From a virus: a stretch of DNA of 64,000 nucleotides. The stretch spans positions 1 to 64,000 of the IMG/VR virus record IMGVR_UViG_3300044904_000056. The stretch is one strand, 5' to 3'. Positions 47,309 to 56,098 of the stretch are shown here, in pieces. Numbering within the stretch: the stretch's first letter is position 1; each line of letters begins with the position of its first letter. The position numbers and the translations under genes are program-made. The notes beneath the pieces were generated by a model that saw nothing but the letters and a program-made list of their open reading frames with translations, did no database searches and was not told the DNA's origin.

Positions 47309-48426
47309 CGTCTAAACTCGTCAAAAACTTCATCATATAGTTTGTAGGCTGAATGATTGTCGTTTACATATTCCCTCGCTTCCTTTCTAGGATACCCTCT
47401 CACATCATATTTCATAATCGCTTCAGGATACTTGGCCAGGTCAGAGATAGGCAGTACCAAATTATCTGGGATGGCACTTCGGAGAAGGTTTTTGTGCACT
47501 ACAGGGACGCAGCCATAATATAGAGCCTCAACAATTGTGTTGTTGTAGGAACCTCTCCGGTAGGCTTTATATTTTGCCCTATGCCCTTGAAAGTCAGCCA
47601 TGAATCCCGCTCTGGAAAGGATTTTTGCCCGTCTCTCTACTGAGACCCAACCATAGTAGGTTGCTAAGCCCTTCCCTGAGTATTGTGGGGCAAAAAAATC
47701 CTTACCAACGACCTTCTTCCAGCCATTTTCTTTTCTCATGTTATAGTATTCAATGCCGGAATTGTAGAGCTTTACTTCGTAACCTTTGTCGAGGAGTCGA
47801 GGTACCCCATCAAAGAAGGGTTTGATTCCTTTCACATTCTTCCATTGAGGCATCCATACAACGCGATTCTCAATGCGTTCCTTTTCGGAAGGCTTTCCGA
47901 TAGGAATAAAAGGAATATAAACGGTCTGTACCGGATAGCCTGCTTTGACGAGAGGCTCTCCATAAGCAGGCTGAGTCACGAGAGTCTTCTCGCATAGCGG
48001 CAAAACTTGTTCCCCAAACTCCTTGTATGTATCCCAATAAGCATCCGAGATATAGCCGACAATCGGTATATCCAGTTTATTCAGCCTCTTTAACAAGGCC
48101 ATAAAGACAGGACTGCCCCCATAAGCTTTTGTCGGATGCGGACAGAGGAAGCTCAACATCACTACATCGTAGGATGTTAGAAAGGCTAAAGTCTCTCGAT
48201 AGTTTTCCCTATGGTGTGGAGCGTAGCCATCAATAGTGATGTAGGAATCCCCACCACGGATTAATTTTCTTTCAGGCAACAAGAGGGGATGTTTTGTTTT
48301 CTGGTTGGCGCTAACGAGGACGTGAAAGGTGTCACCTTTCTGGTCTGCTACCTTCCGATAGGTTCTCAGGCGAGTGTTGATGCCCCCTACGGAAGAGGTA
48401 GGCCAATGCAGGACTGCAATTTTCAC
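47305..48426 (-). CDS. GT-B fold glycosyltransferase
   Basis: GTG start KIAVLHW...VGGINT, WKNVKG, NTIVEALYYGCVPV. Confidence 0.65.
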   Translation of the reverse strand: MKIAVLHWPTSSVGGINTRLRTYRKVADQKGDTFHVLVSANQKTKHPLLLPERKLIRGGDSYITIDGYAPHHRENYRETLAFLTSYDVVMLSFLCPHPTKAYGGSPVFMALLKRLNKLDIPIVGYISDAYWDTYKEFGEQVLPLCEKTLVTQPAYGEPLVKAGYPVQTVYIPFIPIGKPSEKERIENRVVWMPQWKNVKGIKPFFDGVPRLLDKGYEVKLYNSGIEYYNMRKENGWKKVVGKDFFAPQYSGKGLATYYGWVSVERRAKILSRAGFMADFQGHRAKYKAYRRGSYNNTIVEALYYGCVPVVHKNLLRSAIPDNLVLPISDLAKYPEAIMKYDVRGYPRKEAREYVNDNHSAYKLYDEVFDEFRR

Positions 48427-49043
48427 GATGCTTTCCTGAAGAGGAGATAGATGCTCCTCTTGTTTGCTGATTGAGCTACTAGCCGATAGCCCAGCCCTAG
48501 GAAGCAAGTCTCCATCTCTAGAGCCGGCAGGCGTCTCGAATCGGTCAGGACTACCCAAGCGGCTTTGTCAAAGACGGCTTCTGTGACAGTTCTGTATTGC
48601 CTCTTGGCTTTACTGAGAGTCCAATCGGGGAAGTCTGCCACTACAAGGTCTGGATGCTGAAAGAGACTATCTATCACTACCGATTGAGCCCCACCAAGAG
48701 GCTCTATGATAGAGGTAGACCAGCTATGGTGCCGCCCTGCTTCCAGGATGTACGCATAGCAGCGCCTCTCATTTGAGTAGACTTCGTGCTTGTTGGGATT
48801 GAATAGCAGCTGAAGGATTTGAGCGTTGACTCCCACCCCACCAAACAGTTCAACGATGTTCTTTGGTTGCGGAGCAATTTGGCTGACGAGCTCAAAGAAT
48901 CGCCTAGCTTCAGCCTCGGTCTCCCCAGGTTCGTAACGGAGCCGCCAGAATATGCCCCGCTTCGATGGCAGAGTGTTCTTCGCAACTCGGGGGAGTTTAG
49001 AGGGGAGCATGATGCGTGCTCCGGCCACAAGGATTGATTGCAT
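48423..49043 (-). CDS. Rossmann methyltransferase-like protein
   Basis: IVELFGGVG (motif I) and DLVVADFP (degenerate motif IV). Confidence 0.55.
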   Translation of the reverse strand: MQSILVAGARIMLPSKLPRVAKNTLPSKRGIFWRLRYEPGETEAEARRFFELVSQIAPQPKNIVELFGGVGVNAQILQLLFNPNKHEVYSNERRCYAYILEAGRHHSWSTSIIEPLGGAQSVVIDSLFQHPDLVVADFPDWTLSKAKRQYRTVTEAVFDKAAWVVLTDSRRLPALEMETCFLGLGYRLVAQSANKRSIYLLFRKAS

Positions 49044-49062
49044 CTTGTTTCTCCTCTACAAC

Positions 49063-49102
49063 AAAAATGATGGCGGGAGGCTCCGAAGAGCAACTCCCGC
49101 CT
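49063..49102 (-). terminator. Rho-independent terminator
   Basis: GGCGGGAG/CTCCCGCC stem followed by a U-tract on the minus strand. Confidence 0.7.
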
Positions 49103-49125
49103 ATCAGCACTTTACCAGGACTGTA

Positions 49126-50304
49126 CTACGCTGCTGCCTTGCAAGCCTTCCCGAAGATTTTGAGCTTGGCCCCGAGATGAGACACGTCACCCGTGAACAG
49201 AAACTTCCCGGCAATCTTCGCCTCTTGCCAGTCCGACTTCTTGAGCCCCAGCTTCTCCAGCTTGGTCTTCGGATAGAGATAGACGCGAAAGCCTTCGTCC
49301 TTGTCCGGGCGGATGAATCGTGCCCAAGGCCCACCAGGATACTTGACATAAAGCTCCCCGCTGCTCTTGGTCTCAACCTCCGCACCCAGCGCCTCTGCCT
49401 TGCTAGACACTAGGATGTCCTTCACCGCACTGGAGAGCTTACCACTCTTGGAAGACTTCTGCTTCTTTTCCTTGTGATGGTGATGCTTGTGTTCCTTTTT
49501 GGACACTTCCTTGTCCTCCTCTTTCTCGTGCTTCTTTTCTTCCCTGGGATGGTGATGCTTATGACCCTTCTCCTTCTTTCTCTTGTCTCCCTCCTCTTCC
49601 CTATTAGCTTTCAGAACTGCGATACAATTCTTGGACTCAACGCAACGCTGGCACTCTGGCACATCCGGGTCGGGGTATTTCCCGAAGCAATCTTCAATTC
49701 CGGAGGGAATCGGTATGGACGGTGCCCGGGGTTTATACGTTGCCGGGTCAATCTGTACGAGGGGGGAGCCTTTCGACTCCCCCCTCTCGCTGCTGTCGTC
49801 CGAGGCATCCTCAGAGCTATCATCCTTCTTTTCTGAAGAATCGTCCTTCTCTTTCCCGTGGTGCTTCTTGCTACCCTTCCTGCCCTTCGGAGGCTCTGGC
49901 TCCTCAGAGCTGTCGTCCTTCTTGTCGGAGGCATCAGAGGCGTCACTAGCATCGCTCTTGTCCGATGCGTCGCTAGCATCCGAGGCATCACTGGCATCTG
50001 AAGCATCAGAGGCGTCAGAAGCGTCACTGGCGTCAGAAGCTTCAGAGGAGCTATCGTCCTTCTTGTCGGATGCGTCGGAAGCATCCGATGCGTCGCTAGC
50101 GTCCGAAGAATCTGGAGCTTCAGAACTGTCGTCTGGCTCCTTCTTCTTCGTTGAGGACTTCTTGGGAGACTTCTTTGAGGACTTTGGAGTTTCTTCCTCA
50201 GAGCTGTCGTCAGACTTGTCCGGCTCCTCTTCCGAGGAATCGTCAGCAGCCTTCCCTGGTTTTGCCTTGTGCTTTTTCTTCTTGTCTACTTTCTTTTCGG
50301 CCAT
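49126..50304 (-). CDS. Largely disordered protein with (DAS)n repeats, Cys4 module and His/Lys tracts
   Basis: SDASDASDAS repeats, DDSSEE units, CFGK...ECQRC...C. Confidence 0.75.
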   Translation of the reverse strand: MAEKKVDKKKKHKAKPGKAADDSSEEEPDKSDDSSEEETPKSSKKSPKKSSTKKKEPDDSSEAPDSSDASDASDASDASDKKDDSSSEASDASDASDASDASDASDASDASDASDKSDASDASDASDKKDDSSEEPEPPKGRKGSKKHHGKEKDDSSEKKDDSSEDASDDSSERGESKGSPLVQIDPATYKPRAPSIPIPSGIEDCFGKYPDPDVPECQRCVESKNCIAVLKANREEEGDKRKKEKGHKHHHPREEKKHEKEEDKEVSKKEHKHHHHKEKKQKSSKSGKLSSAVKDILVSSKAEALGAEVETKSSGELYVKYPGGPWARFIRPDKDEGFRVYLYPKTKLEKLGLKKSDWQEAKIAGKFLFTGDVSHLGAKLKIFGKACKAAA

Positions 50305-50925
50305 CTACCATCCTCCTTCAGAGTCAACAACTGCGGTTCTTATTTCGTCCACTACACGCCGCACATCCCCACTTCGCATCCCTAGATACCCCCGGATGTG
50401 TCGCAGTTTGATGCGGAAGCTCTTTGCACCCCGGACATTCTGTCCCTGGGAAATAAGTTTGTTTCTCCGGCAGAAATCCCTCCACGCAAACTCAGAAACT
50501 TGAATTGGTGGGTCTAAAAGTATTTGCAGGAACATCCGGGCTTCACAGGAGAGTATCGGATATAGAACTTCCGCCCGTTCGTGCATCCGGTAAAGGAAGT
50601 TATCTGCATAGTCTGGCCAGTTGTCTGCCTCCCCTAATTGGACCTCAACTCCGTCCCGGCTCCAAGTTCTATCAAACCGGGAAAGGTCCCGAAGGCGGTT
50701 GTATAGGGCACGTTTGAAATATCGTGCGAAATAGATTTGACCATCTGGGAATTCTTCGCAGCATTGGACCAATATGAGCAGGCCCTCTGCTTCTAGCTCC
50801 TCTGATGATCTACGGAAATGACCAGGTATCGCGTAGTGATGCGCTACCCAGTGGATGAGATTCTTGAAACGACGCAAGGCAACGTCCGTATTGTATGCCA
50901 TGACGCTGGGATACGCCTCCTCCAA
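50305..50925 (-). CDS. Sigma70/ECF-like phage sigma factor
   Basis: LIHWVAHHY...EELEAEGLLILVQC..EF....FARYFKRALYNRLRD (region 2). Confidence 0.65.
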   Translation of the reverse strand: MEEAYPSVMAYNTDVALRRFKNLIHWVAHHYAIPGHFRRSSEELEAEGLLILVQCCEEFPDGQIYFARYFKRALYNRLRDLSRFDRTWSRDGVEVQLGEADNWPDYADNFLYRMHERAEVLYPILSCEARMFLQILLDPPIQVSEFAWRDFCRRNKLISQGQNVRGAKSFRIKLRHIRGYLGMRSGDVRRVVDEIRTAVVDSEGGW

Positions 50926-50983
50926 GGCGAGTCGGAGTCTACTACTAAACTCGGAGCGAGTAAAGGAAAATTTTCCCCTTCAC

Positions 50984-51619
50984 CTACTTGCCTATTTTGG
51001 CTTTCCGGCGAGGCGTGGAAACCTTCTGACTCCTGGAAAGCGGTCTCTTCTTGGGAACAGCGGCTCTCTTGGTTTGCGCTTTATTCTTGCCAATTCTTCC
51101 TCCGTGTACACGACGTACTCGACTGGGATTTTTCTTCCATGCGTTGATGGAATGCTTAGGACCACGTGGCGCTTTCCGGTTGCTGGGTCTACTCTTTCGC
51201 TTTTGAACTTTGCTTCTGGGATCAGTTTTCTCAGGCTGGACAAAGTCGCATTTGCGTAATTTGACCTCGGCTCTACGGATGCGCTTTGGGAAGGACTCAG
51301 AGCCGATGAGCTTCCTGCACTTGAGACAACGGACTGTGCTTGCACCTTCTACCTCCTCTCTGCCTGATGGGCAATGGCATATCTCTGAAGGTACATCTCT
51401 TGGGAATCGGAGGGGCCTTGGATACCGCTTGATTGACCGGGGAGTTCTGACCGTTATCATACTCCAAAACCAATTTTGCCTAGTCTGGTCTTTCTGGGTC
51501 CACACTTGTACCCCAAATTTGGGGAGCAATTTGTAGACCTTTCCAGTGCGCCCGGTAACGGTATCCACAACATACGTCACTCCAGGGATGATAACTTTCT
51601 CACCGTAGGCCCCATCCAT
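50984..51619 (-). CDS. Hypothetical protein, possibly continued in the +1 frame (50992-51345)
   Basis: AGGAGG RBS; both frames carry RFPR. Confidence 0.55.
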   Translation of the reverse strand: MDGAYGEKVIIPGVTYVVDTVTGRTGKVYKLLPKFGVQVWTQKDQTRQNWFWSMITVRTPRSIKRYPRPLRFPRDVPSEICHCPSGREEVEGASTVRCLKCRKLIGSESFPKRIRRAEVKLRKCDFVQPEKTDPRSKVQKRKSRPSNRKAPRGPKHSINAWKKNPSRVRRVHGGRIGKNKAQTKRAAVPKKRPLSRSQKVSTPRRKAKIGK

Positions 51620-51639
51620 TCCCGTTTCCTCCTGATTGA

Positions 51640-51648
51640 ATAGAACGC
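51640..51648 (-). promoter_or_regulatory. GCGTTCTAT upstream motif copy 5
   Basis: GCGTTCTATTCAATCAGGAGGAAACGGGAATG. Confidence 0.7.
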
Positions 51649-51697
51649 TGAGTTGTTGATAACAGGGGGCAGAGGGGGTGGTTCAAGCCCCCTCTTC

Positions 51698-52387
51698 CTA
51701 CTTCTTTTTCTTCGGAGCGACCACCTTCACCTTCGCAGCCACGTACTCCTTCAAAGGTTTTGCTGGCGAAAAGCGTATCTTATTACTTGCTGGCTTCGCA
51801 GGGAACGTCTTATGCTCCCCTGTGAATGGAACGATTCCCTTTCGTTTTGGCAGGGCCTTCCGGTAGGCAACCCGGATACGGCCAATCTCCGGCAGGCGGA
51901 AGAATCGGTCATTCTTCAGACCGTGGTGAGCTTCCGTCACCAGAGCTTCGTAGATGGACCGGACAATTTTGGTTGTCTGGCCTGTTTCCTTCGCAATTGC
52001 AGTGTAGAGTTTCATCTTGCGTGATTCTCCTTTGTCTCCCTCTTTGGGGAATATGATTATGTACTTCTGCCGGGTCCGGGGTCCGCTATAGAGCTTCGCA
52101 CCAAAATGCTCCTGGAGGAGGCTGATAATCTCCTCAGAAAGGTGCGTGGTGTAGCAGCCGTGAAACTTCTTCACTACGATTTCGTGAAGCTGTTCCTTGG
52201 GTACGTTGAAATAGTCAATTCCTAGACGGCGGTACAAATTCGCCATCTCGATATCGGCGTGGGCTCCTCCGTGGCGGAGGCGTTCTAGTTTATCTGTCTT
52301 TTCCTGACGGAAGAGACGGTTGTCAGCGAGACGCTTTGCTTTTTGTTCGGGAGTCTCGTTTGAGGTTATGTGGAAGGCGTGACTCAT
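51698..52387 (-). CDS. hup: HU/IHF-family DNA-binding protein (HU domain 51698-52015) with an in-frame upstream domain
   Basis: AIAKETG...RLPEIGRIRV...RKGIVPFTGE...PA...IRFSPAKPLKE. Confidence 0.8.
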   Translation of the reverse strand: MSHAFHITSNETPEQKAKRLADNRLFRQEKTDKLERLRHGGAHADIEMANLYRRLGIDYFNVPKEQLHEIVVKKFHGCYTTHLSEEIISLLQEHFGAKLYSGPRTRQKYIIIFPKEGDKGESRKMKLYTAIAKETGQTTKIVRSIYEALVTEAHHGLKNDRFFRLPEIGRIRVAYRKALPKRKGIVPFTGEHKTFPAKPASNKIRFSPAKPLKEYVAAKVKVVAPKKKK

Positions 52388-52674
52388 CCCCTCTTGTGCT
52401 CCTTCTGCCGTAGGAACTCTACTAAATTTTCAGTGTGCTTGCAGACGTGTGGAACTGCGTTCAGGACGGCCAGAGGCGCACGAAATTGTCCTTCAGGGCA
52501 GGTACAGAATTCGATTTGCTGACGGGTCTTGGCGTTGACGAGCAGAGTGCAGTAATAAGTCTTGCCTGAATCCCCGCTCGTTATTTTGTAGATGAATGCT
52601 GCCCAATCCTCCGGAAGTCCTAATTTCACATCATCCCGGAGCTGGACTTGGTCATACTTCCAGAGTTTAGACAT
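52384..52674 (-). CDS. SWIM zinc-finger protein
   Basis: SGKTYY...CTCP...CKH; likely start MSKLW. Confidence 0.65.
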   Translation of the reverse strand: MSKLWKYDQVQLRDDVKLGLPEDWAAFIYKITSGDSGKTYYCTLLVNAKTRQQIEFCTCPEGQFRAPLAVLNAVPHVCKHTENLVEFLRQKEHKRG

Positions 52675-53798
52675 TGATGGTACTCCTTCGCTGGTCGTAG
52701 TTGTAGAGGATGGCCTGAAAGACAAGCCTTGCAACTTCCTGGTTCTCTAAGGCAAGGTTGAAGACTTTGTCAAAGGACTTCTCATCATTCGCCTGGAGAC
52801 TCCTAACAAGGCACTCAAATACAAACTTCTCCCAGCTCCTCATCGTCTCTGTCCTCATTGCTTCTCTCCCTTGAGGTCTCGGGAGTCGTACTCCGCTGAG
52901 ATGTATTGTTTGAGACAGGTTAGGTTCCCATCAGAGCCTTCAATCAACCACCAGAAGTCCTGCATCTCTCGCACCATCTCTTCCATCTCCTCAAGCTCCT
53001 CTCTCCCACTTGCTACTGAGAAGATTCGCTGGAGTCCAAGCGGTGTCGGTTTGGAAACTAGAGGAGCAAGAAGGCGCAGACCAGCCCGTACATCCCACAG
53101 GCCTGCACGGATTCTCGAAAGCTTCTCACGGTTACTTAGCCTTGGCACGGTACGCCTCCTCCCGCTGCTTTAGCTTTAGCAGGTCATCTTCCAATCCTAG
53201 GGCCTTCGCAATCCGCAGGTAGACCTCACTCACAGTCGTATCCGCTAAGTGGATAGCTTCGCCTCCCGGAACGTTCTTGCCGTCCTCAAAGGCGTCTATC
53301 CGGATGCGGACCATCCTCCGGGGTTTCTCTACTACTCTCATAGCAACCTTCCTTTCAAGCCCTCCTCAGGAGAGGCTGAACGACCCACTTTACAGACGAT
53401 TTGAGCTGGTCTAGAGGCTAGGATAGGGCTTCCCCCTACCGGAACTCGATAGGACGGTGCTTCCGGACGGCCTCGTTCAAGCCTACGACTAGGAAGAGGG
53501 CCTGCACCCTATCGTCATCTTCAGCAGGCCAAGGACCAATTACGACACAGAGGCGGGTAGCTATCTTCTCACATTGGCGCCAGGGAATCTCCGCAGTAGA
53601 CTCATTAGCATAAAGTATGTATGCCAGAGGCTCCTTGTACGGTGGGGGAGGACAGGTTCCATCCTGCTTATGTGTTTGGAGGATTTCCCAGTTGACTCCT
53701 GCCAGAGCAGCCAATCTCTCCTGAAATTTCAGGAATGCTTCAGCACTCCAATGGGCACGTCCGAAGTTGAAATTGACACCTAGACTATCGTTCATCAT
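52667..53798 (-). other. Four small hypothetical genes (52667-52858, 52855-53148, 53132-53341, 53436-53798)
   Basis: Coupled minus-strand ORFs. Confidence 0.55.
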
Positions 53799-53839
53799 GT
53801 TAGTTCACCTTCTCACCCAAGTTGGGGTGTGTTAGATTT

Positions 53840-54232
53840 TCACTTCTGAATCTTCCGTTGAACTTCCCTCAGACGGGCCTTCGTCCAGTTCCGAGCAGCC
53901 GGATGGAGCATGTATATTGGTTTGCGTAGTGGTACATAGCCACATTCCTTGAAAGTTTTCTGTGCTACCCTACCACACACTAGTATAATGTCTGGGTCAA
54001 GCCTAATCAGATTTTCCGCAAGCCAATCCGGATCGGGTTTGCCGTGATGTTTGGCCTTAGTGACTAATTCCCGACAGACATTAGTCAACAACAGCCGTTC
54101 TTTATTCTGTTCGCCCACCAGCTTGTAGAGCCTACGGCCAGAAGCGTTCAGGGGGTTGATCTTGAAGTAGCGAGGAGCACGGCCAGTTCGATAGCCCCAC
54201 ATCGTTTCGAGGACTGCTACGATTGGCCCCAT
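53840..54232 (-). CDS. Small uracil-DNA glycosylase-fold protein
   Basis: SGRRL, LTN, PDIILVCGRVA, MLHPAAR. Confidence 0.6.
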   Translation of the reverse strand: MGPIVAVLETMWGYRTGRAPRYFKINPLNASGRRLYKLVGEQNKERLLLTNVCRELVTKAKHHGKPDPDWLAENLIRLDPDIILVCGRVAQKTFKECGYVPLRKPIYMLHPAARNWTKARLREVQRKIQK

Positions 54233-54233
54233 G

Positions 54234-55616
54234 TCAATTCACCTTCTCTTTCGGAATTGGTTTAACTTCTGGAGTTGAGGCCGGGGGAAGAGTTGTTGCA
54301 TCAGCAGGGACGGACAGGACGTGCCCGCCTTCGATGGAGAGTTTCATCATCAGGTCAACATCAGCCTGCTTTGTATTCGGAGAGTGGAGGCGCTGCATTC
54401 CGCGTTCAGGGGAGATGTAGAACATATCACCTTTCCCGAGGAGGTGTTCCGCCCCCTTGCAGTTCAGGATGGTCTTACTATCTGCTGAGGACGGGACTCG
54501 GAATGCTGCGCGAGCCGGGAAGTTGACCTTGATCTTGCCGGAAACAACATCCACAGATGGGCGCTGCGTTGCAGCTATCACGTGGATACCGGCAGCGCGG
54601 GACATTGCCGATATTTGGGCCATCTTATCGGTGAAGGACTTCTTCTCTGACAGAACGAGGTCTGCCATCTCATCGATGACGACGACAATATAAGGCCAGC
54701 AGTCATCGGGCTTTCCTTCCGCCTTCATCTTGTCGTTGTACTCCTTGAGGTTCTTACACTTGAACCCGAAGAGGTTGGAAGTCCTACGGCGCATTTCCTG
54801 AATCAGCCTCTCCATAATCGAGAGGGCGTCATAGACTCCAGCAACCGGGGGCTGCATCAGGTGAGGCAGGCCTTGGTAGTGGAAGAGTTCCACGGACTTT
54901 GGGTCAATCAGGACCAGCTTCATCTGCTTCGGGGTACGCATGTAGAGGAGAGAGGTTAGGATACCGTTGATCCAAACGGATTTGCCTGCGCCTGTTGAGC
55001 CTGCGATAAGTAGGTGAGGCATCCTCGTTAGGTCCTCTACATAGGGCTGACCGTTGGACTGGACTCCGAAGTTGATCGGCAGTTCCATATCGTCCCTGTG
55101 GGCGATTGCGGCCCCTAGGCAGTCCGCAAATTGGATCTCCGTTCTCTCCTTATTCGGTACAGAAATAGCAACCGCACTCTTGCCGTGAAGCCTCTGGATG
55201 GAGACATCTTCCGCTGCTAGACCAATGGCTAGGTCCTCGTTAATGTCCTTGATTCTCCGGAGCCGGGTATAGCGGTCAGGGCTGAACTCATACTCCGTAA
55301 CGATAGGACCAACGCGGATATCCGTAACCTTCCCAGGACAATCGAAGTCGCGGGTGCGGGTCGTTATGATATCCACTACCTTCTGCTGTTCGGGGTTGGC
55401 AGCTAGTTCCCGAGGGAATCGCTGGACGCCCTTTGGGTAGGCTTTCTTGCCCTTCTCTAGTCCTTCCTTCTCTGGGTCGTACTTATCGATGAGATTCCCG
55501 CAGAGCAGGCAGCGCCTATAAAGGGTATAACGGGAAATGGAAACAGCATCCTTTCCACCTACACCTTTACAGCCTCGACAAATCGCCAGCTTGAAGCCGT
55601 TCGTATGATCCTTCAT
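54234..55616 (-). CDS. ftsK: FtsK/SpoIIIE DNA translocase motor
   Basis: GPIVT.YE, PHLLIAGSTGAGKS, IDPK, VIDEMADL, ATQRPS, GAEHLLGKGDM; likely start MKDHT at 55616. Confidence 0.9.
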   Translation of the reverse strand: MKDHTNGFKLAICRGCKGVGGKDAVSISRYTLYRRCLLCGNLIDKYDPEKEGLEKGKKAYPKGVQRFPRELAANPEQQKVVDIITTRTRDFDCPGKVTDIRVGPIVTEYEFSPDRYTRLRRIKDINEDLAIGLAAEDVSIQRLHGKSAVAISVPNKERTEIQFADCLGAAIAHRDDMELPINFGVQSNGQPYVEDLTRMPHLLIAGSTGAGKSVWINGILTSLLYMRTPKQMKLVLIDPKSVELFHYQGLPHLMQPPVAGVYDALSIMERLIQEMRRRTSNLFGFKCKNLKEYNDKMKAEGKPDDCWPYIVVVIDEMADLVLSEKKSFTDKMAQISAMSRAAGIHVIAATQRPSVDVVSGKIKVNFPARAAFRVPSSADSKTILNCKGAEHLLGKGDMFYISPERGMQRLHSPNTKQADVDLMMKLSIEGGHVLSVPADATTLPPASTPEVKPIPKEKVN

Positions 55617-55876
55617 TCTCTCTTCTCCTTGCCCAGAGACCCTAAAGGGTACTCGGGCGTTTCTTAACCTGAGCACTGCCTATGTCAATCACCTTCCTAC
55701 TACTCTGGCAGATCGGACAACGATTCCAATGGTCATACCACTGCAAAGTCGCGGCGATAAACCCGCCTATGGAGTTGTCCAGACGGTTTACCCTTTTCAC
55801 TAGCCTGTTCTCAACTCGACATCGGCGGCTTTGCACCATGAGACCACCTCCTCCAGGTACTCGGGCTGTTGAATTG

Positions 55877-56098
55877 TTAGTCGTTGTAGACAGTAAGCAT
55901 CACGCCGCAACGGCAGCGTCCCTGCCACATCGAGACTTTCGTCTGCCGGGTTGTCTGGAATGGTTTCAGTTCAGGGATTAGTTTCTTGCAGCACGGAGCA
56001 GCCAGCGGGACTCGGCTCTGCTCTAGGTCAGATAGCTTGCAGGAATAGGAGCCGTCTTTGTTGAGTTGCCAGACTTGTATTTGAGTAGTTTCGTTCAC
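55877..56098 (-). CDS. Small Cys-rich hypothetical protein
   Basis: PCC...CRCG...YND. Confidence 0.5.
   Translation of the reverse strand: MNETTQIQVWQLNKDGSYSCKLSDLEQSRVPLAAPCCKKLIPELKPFQTTRQTKVSMWQGRCRCGVMLTVYND

Noticed and set aside
49900-50130. 9-bp periodic repeats as a possible CRISPR array or DNA satellite
   Set aside because: There are no spacers and third positions vary; this is the coding (DAS)n repeat.
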